From Stramenopiles sp. TOSAG23-2 (Eukaryota): a stretch of DNA of 57,485 nt. Below are positions 53,534 to 57,485 of the stretch, piece after piece. Positions within the stretch are counted from its first letter, which is position 1. Each line of letters opens with the position of its first letter. Position numbers and translations under genes: made by a program. Location: assembly GCA_900128395.1 (NCBI GenBank), contig LT649256.1, positions 1 through 57,485 on the forward strand, in the 5' to 3' direction. The notes beneath the pieces are model-generated. The model had not been told where the DNA came from. It ran no database searches and saw only the letters and a program-made list of their open reading frames with translations.

Positions 53534-55552
53534 ATGTCTTCTCCACCAATTAAAACTGGAGCAGGTCCACGTAATGTTACTAGTAGTAAATATGTATTAA
53601 CTTCAGCACAAGCTAAGAACGTTGATAGTAGACCACCATATCCAAATTCTGCAGATGATAACGGTGCATCTGATGTTGATATATCGCATCAAGAAGTTGG
53701 TGATGATTTAGGTGATGGTGGTCATTTAGCAGAAATAAATGAAGAAGAAGAAGGGGAAATGTCTAGGGAAATGCTTATAGCTATGGCAGAGTTAACTTTT
53801 GATTGGTTGAAACCACCTGAAAAAAAAAAGAAGAAGAAGAAGAAACGTAGACGTAAGAAAAAGGGCGCCGATTCATCTGCATCAAAATCACCTACACGAA
53901 GAGGTAGTTACGGTGGGCGTTCTGTCTCTGCATCACGTTCCCCTAGTCGCTCTGGTCGTCCAACACCAGGTGCAGATAGACATAAACAATTAATGAAAAG
54001 TAATATGCGTGCTTCTAAAAAAAGCTCACAATCACCAAGTAGAGGAAGGAGCAGGGAAAGGAGAGGTGGGCGAGGTGCATCGTCTGTATCTAGATCAGCG
54101 AGTCGTAGCATGAGTCGTGGTGGGCGTGGTTCCTCCAAAGATGGTAAGAAGAAAAAGAAAAGAAAAAAGAAGAAAAAGAAGAAGGAGCCTGTCAATCCCT
54201 TTGCAGTGAAATTTGATGCGTGGTTAGCAGCAAATACATTATTTTTAGAAGAAGGTAATTTAGTAAATGCATTGCAGCTTACATTACGAGTTTTTGAACA
54301 AACATTTAAAATTGAACCTACGCAACTTGCAGATTTATTGCATCGTAAAGTTTTTGAAAAAGATCAAGTAATTGCGGAATTGCAAGAGGCATTGAAAGAA
54401 GAGGCTAGGAAAGTATTTGAAACGAAAAGAATGGCATTAGATTATAGAACAGAAATGAAAAAAGCAGTAAAGAAATTAAAAGATTTTGAAGTTATGAAGT
54501 CGAGTGCAGTTAGGAATATGCAATTGGCGGAAAGAGAGAAAAAAGCTGCTGTTAAAGAGGCAAAACGATTATCAGACATTTCAGAAGATTTGAAGGATCA
54601 ATTAAAAGATATGACGCATGATCGTGATAAAGCATTGAGAAAAATTGAACGGAGAGAAAAAGCAATGTCAAAATTAAATGAAAAATTATCCAAAGTAATT
54701 GGTGAAAAAGCAATTATTGAGCAGCGCAAAGGAAGGGAAAGTGATGTGTTAAGACGTACTGTATATAGAAATGGTCAATTGGAAGCAAAAGTATTAGAAA
54801 TGGAAGCGGAGAAAAAACAAATGAAAATAGATTTTGAGAAAGAAATTGAAGAAATGGTGATAAGCTCCAATGCAAGTGCTTTGCAGTACAAACGACAAGT
54901 CGATAAAGCAAATCAAGAAATAGCAGATTATAGGATACAAGTACACGAATGGCAAGTGAAAGAATTAAGTAAAATGCCATCTAGTATTGATAATGCAGTG
55001 AAAAAAATTGCAAATCATGCTGCACAATTTTTGGAAAAAATAAATGCAGAGGTTGGTCAAGATCCAAGAAATGAAACAACAGATGAATATAGGCGTCGAT
55101 GGCAAGCAATAAGGTTTCAAATAATGGAAATGCGTGACATGGCATGGGGGATGTTAGATGCCGCAAAATTAAAGGCATTGGTCCGCACAAAAAAAGAACA
55201 TGATTTAGAAGGTGTTGTATCGGAATGGAAATTAAAGGCACAGGCATCTAGTGCAGAATTAGCACGTGAACGTGTATACACTAAAATGCTACGTCGTGTT
55301 TTTAAACCGGATAAAAACGGCCGCATGCGTTGTAAATTACGCGTAAGTGGCACAAAATCATCAGTCGTATGGAAACCATTGGATAAAAACCGCAATTGGA
55401 ATGTCAATACAGGCAGTGAATTTACATTAACATGTTGTAAATGGTGTGGAGAAATGTTTATAGAGGAAGATAGTGTTTGGCCAACGCAATGTGAAATTGG
55501 AGGTGGTGATCATGAAGTATTAGAAGAGATGGTTGATCCAACAATGTTGTAA
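53534..55552 (+). CDS. Coiled-coil protein with Lys tracts and an Arg/Ser-rich region, function unknown
   Basis: Clean 672-aa ORF; two poly-K/R blocks, SR-rich linker, long heptad region, C-terminal CxxC...C...H putative zinc site. Confidence 0.8.
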   Translation: MSSPPIKTGAGPRNVTSSKYVLTSAQAKNVDSRPPYPNSADDNGASDVDISHQEVGDDLGDGGHLAEINEEEEGEMSREMLIAMAELTFDWLKPPEKKKKKKKKRRRKKKGADSSASKSPTRRGSYGGRSVSASRSPSRSGRPTPGADRHKQLMKSNMRASKKSSQSPSRGRSRERRGGRGASSVSRSASRSMSRGGRGSSKDGKKKKKRKKKKKKKEPVNPFAVKFDAWLAANTLFLEEGNLVNALQLTLRVFEQTFKIEPTQLADLLHRKVFEKDQVIAELQEALKEEARKVFETKRMALDYRTEMKKAVKKLKDFEVMKSSAVRNMQLAEREKKAAVKEAKRLSDISEDLKDQLKDMTHDRDKALRKIERREKAMSKLNEKLSKVIGEKAIIEQRKGRESDVLRRTVYRNGQLEAKVLEMEAEKKQMKIDFEKEIEEMVISSNASALQYKRQVDKANQEIADYRIQVHEWQVKELSKMPSSIDNAVKKIANHAAQFLEKINAEVGQDPRNETTDEYRRRWQAIRFQIMEMRDMAWGMLDAAKLKALVRTKKEHDLEGVVSEWKLKAQASSAELARERVYTKMLRRVFKPDKNGRMRCKLRVSGTKSSVVWKPLDKNRNWNVNTGSEFTLTCCKWCGEMFIEEDSVWPTQCEIGGGDHEVLEEMVDPTML

Positions 55553-55967
55553 AAAAAGATATATACTAGATATGTTAATGCCATTGTCTCTTATTTTATT
55601 TTAAATAGAAGAACTAATACTACCAGTAAATGAGATCTACTGTCAACTAGTGTTGCACTTTGATTTATATTTCGTATCATACAGTTTTACCACGCACCTA
55701 GAGTAAATCCAAATGTTTTTGAACATTTATTTACGTAATTTTTAGGCAAAAAGTTAAATATATTATTACCGGTAATCAAACGAAATGTTTTTCATATATA
55801 TATATATATATAAAATATAATAATATACAGGCAGCTTCGTATTTCTAAGAAAAGCCAACATTATTTTCAATAATAATTTACGTAAAATACACACACCACT
55901 AAAGTCACACATTAAAACATCTATCTCACACATATATACGCATACGTGTAATTGTTTTTTGGTTTTT

Positions 55968-56722
55968 TTACATAGCCAATAATGATGCAAAGCTATCATT
56001 ACCTTTTTTTAAATCATCTGTAGTTGTAGCATCTAAGTATGCATCTTTTGTACGTGGTGGTGGTGGTTTGTTATTGTTATCGTTGTTGTTGCCATTTTTA
56101 TTAATATCATTATAATTTTTAGCATTTGCTTTTTTTCGTTGTCGTTCTCTTAATTTTTCTCTCATTTTTTCACGTTGACGTTTTCGTTCATCTTGTACGG
56201 TGGATGCATATTCAACCAATTCATCTTCATGTTCATTCCGTAATTTTGATAATTCTTTTTGTAATCTTTTTCCATCCCAAGTTTCAATGTATCTGTATTT
56301 TTATTATAATAAAAACAAATAGGTTCTTCACTTCCAAATTTGGCAGCTGCTTCTTTTGATTGGTAAATCTCTTGCCAGCCATTGATATGTTCTTTCGTTT
56401 TTAATTGTAATTCCGATGCATTTTTATATAATTGTTTTAAATAAAATGTTTCCTCAATTTTATATATATCATCTAATTCTGGTGGTATTTCCCATGTGGT
56501 TTCATTTGTTTCTGAATTCCAATAATATGGATTTCCACTATTCTCATCAAACAACTCATTCCATGGCGTTTCATTGCGTGCTTCCTCTGGCATTTCTTCG
56601 ATTAAAAATGCACGCCGTTCATTTGTATGTATATTTAAATAATATATCTCGCCATTTTTCTCGATTTTTTTCCAATCCTCATTGACCATTTGATTGATAT
56701 TTTTCGAACCACCACCACCCAT
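55968..56722 (-). pseudogene. Myristoylated WW-domain protein with a frame break near 56285
   Basis: ATG 56722 MGGGGSK; WW motifs (DWKKI..YYLNIHTNE; PWNELFDENSGNPYYWNSETNETTWEIP; GWQEI..FYYNKNT). The second frame continues ETWDGKRLQKELSKLRNEHEDELVEYAS into ORF 55968..56219. Confidence 0.65.
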
Positions 56723-57376
56723 CTCTTCTTTCAATCTATTATATGTATGTATCTATATTATATATGTATGAATGAAATATTATATATAGTGTGTAGTTGT
56801 CTATCGGATAGGTTATGATGGAATATATACAATTGATTGCGGGCAGACGACGCAAAACTATTTTCATACTTTTATATATATTGTAATGTATAGTGTGCAT
56901 ATAATATTAACACACATGTGTGCACATCTGCAGTGCAGTACTCGTATGGTTGCAATGAAAAAATCAACAAAAAAAAAAACGGAAATATTTTTATAAATTT
57001 TCGAAAAATGTTGCAAATGTTGCAAAATGGAAATTAAAGTCGATGTTATAATACTCCAAATTTTCCTATTTAAGTATAATATTAGTATACTGTAATTTTG
57101 ATAGCATGAGGAGTTTTTTGTGTAATTTAAATTGTAGTTGCAATTTAAATTTATAATTCTGTATGCTGTATTGTTGTTCTGGATTCTGCTGAGAAATAGT
57201 ATGGAAATAGTATTATCAGAAAGAAAATTGTGATGATTTGGTGGACACATTTAATAATAATTATCACATATATCAATATATATATATTAGTGGTGTAGAT
57301 GTAGACGACATGTAGAGATGTTCGGATTGTAAAGTAAGAGTGGCACGTGGTATATATTATTTGATTTTCTAATTCA

Positions 57377-57407
<31 letters not shown>

Positions 57408-57436
57408 TGTACGTGTGTGTGCGTGCGTGTGTGTGT
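57377..57436. repeat. Compound microsatellite (CT)n(GT)n
   Basis: CT run followed by an interrupted GT run. Confidence 0.95.
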
Positions 57437-57485
57437 CGAAGATGGGGAAATTTCAATCAAAATTGAAATCATCCACACGAAATAT

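Noticed and set aside
56864-57456. ORFs at the window end
   Set aside because: Products derive from AT-rich DNA and microsatellite (THTHT) with no domain signal.
1-57485. tRNA, rRNA or snRNA genes; giant-virus origin
   Set aside because: No recognisable structured RNA gene by eye (a covariance-model scan was not possible); no viral hallmark genes, and long intergenic regions plus a spliceosomal intron indicate nuclear DNA.

Overview
AT-rich, gene-dense, intron-poor eukaryotic nuclear DNA read in the standard genetic code. It is probably from a unicellular protist; a stramenopile-like origin is a tentative inference from gene content. About 22 protein-coding loci are visible and only one clear GT-AG intron (43757-43869). 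Genes: a WD40 gene tail facing a myristoylated NACHT-WD40 (NLR-like) gene with a non-LTR retrotransposon endonuclease remnant between them, a 7TM/gustatory-receptor-like protein, an amidase, a broken C2-tyrosinase gene, a signal-peptide thioredoxin/thioredoxin-reductase fusion, an RRM-2xU-box-ankyrin gene flanked by degenerate direct repeats, a FakA-FakB (DAK2-DegV) fusion, a zinc-knuckle/Mei2-RRM/U-box protein, an LRR-RING protein, an ADP-ribosylglycohydrolase, a septin with a TM helix, a nitronate monooxygenase, an EGF/Calx-beta/PA14/filamin surface protein, a Ctr copper transporter, a coiled-coil protein and a WW protein. Most notable: (1) the same myristoylated N-terminal module, conserved at protein level, sits on two unrelated enzymes; (2) several sensor-plus-E3-ligase or NLR genes, one with a hypervariable 105-bp ankyrin array; (3) several genes broken by deletions or frameshifts; (4) recurrent intergenic palindromic motifs. 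All calls come from reading motifs by eye; no searches were run.
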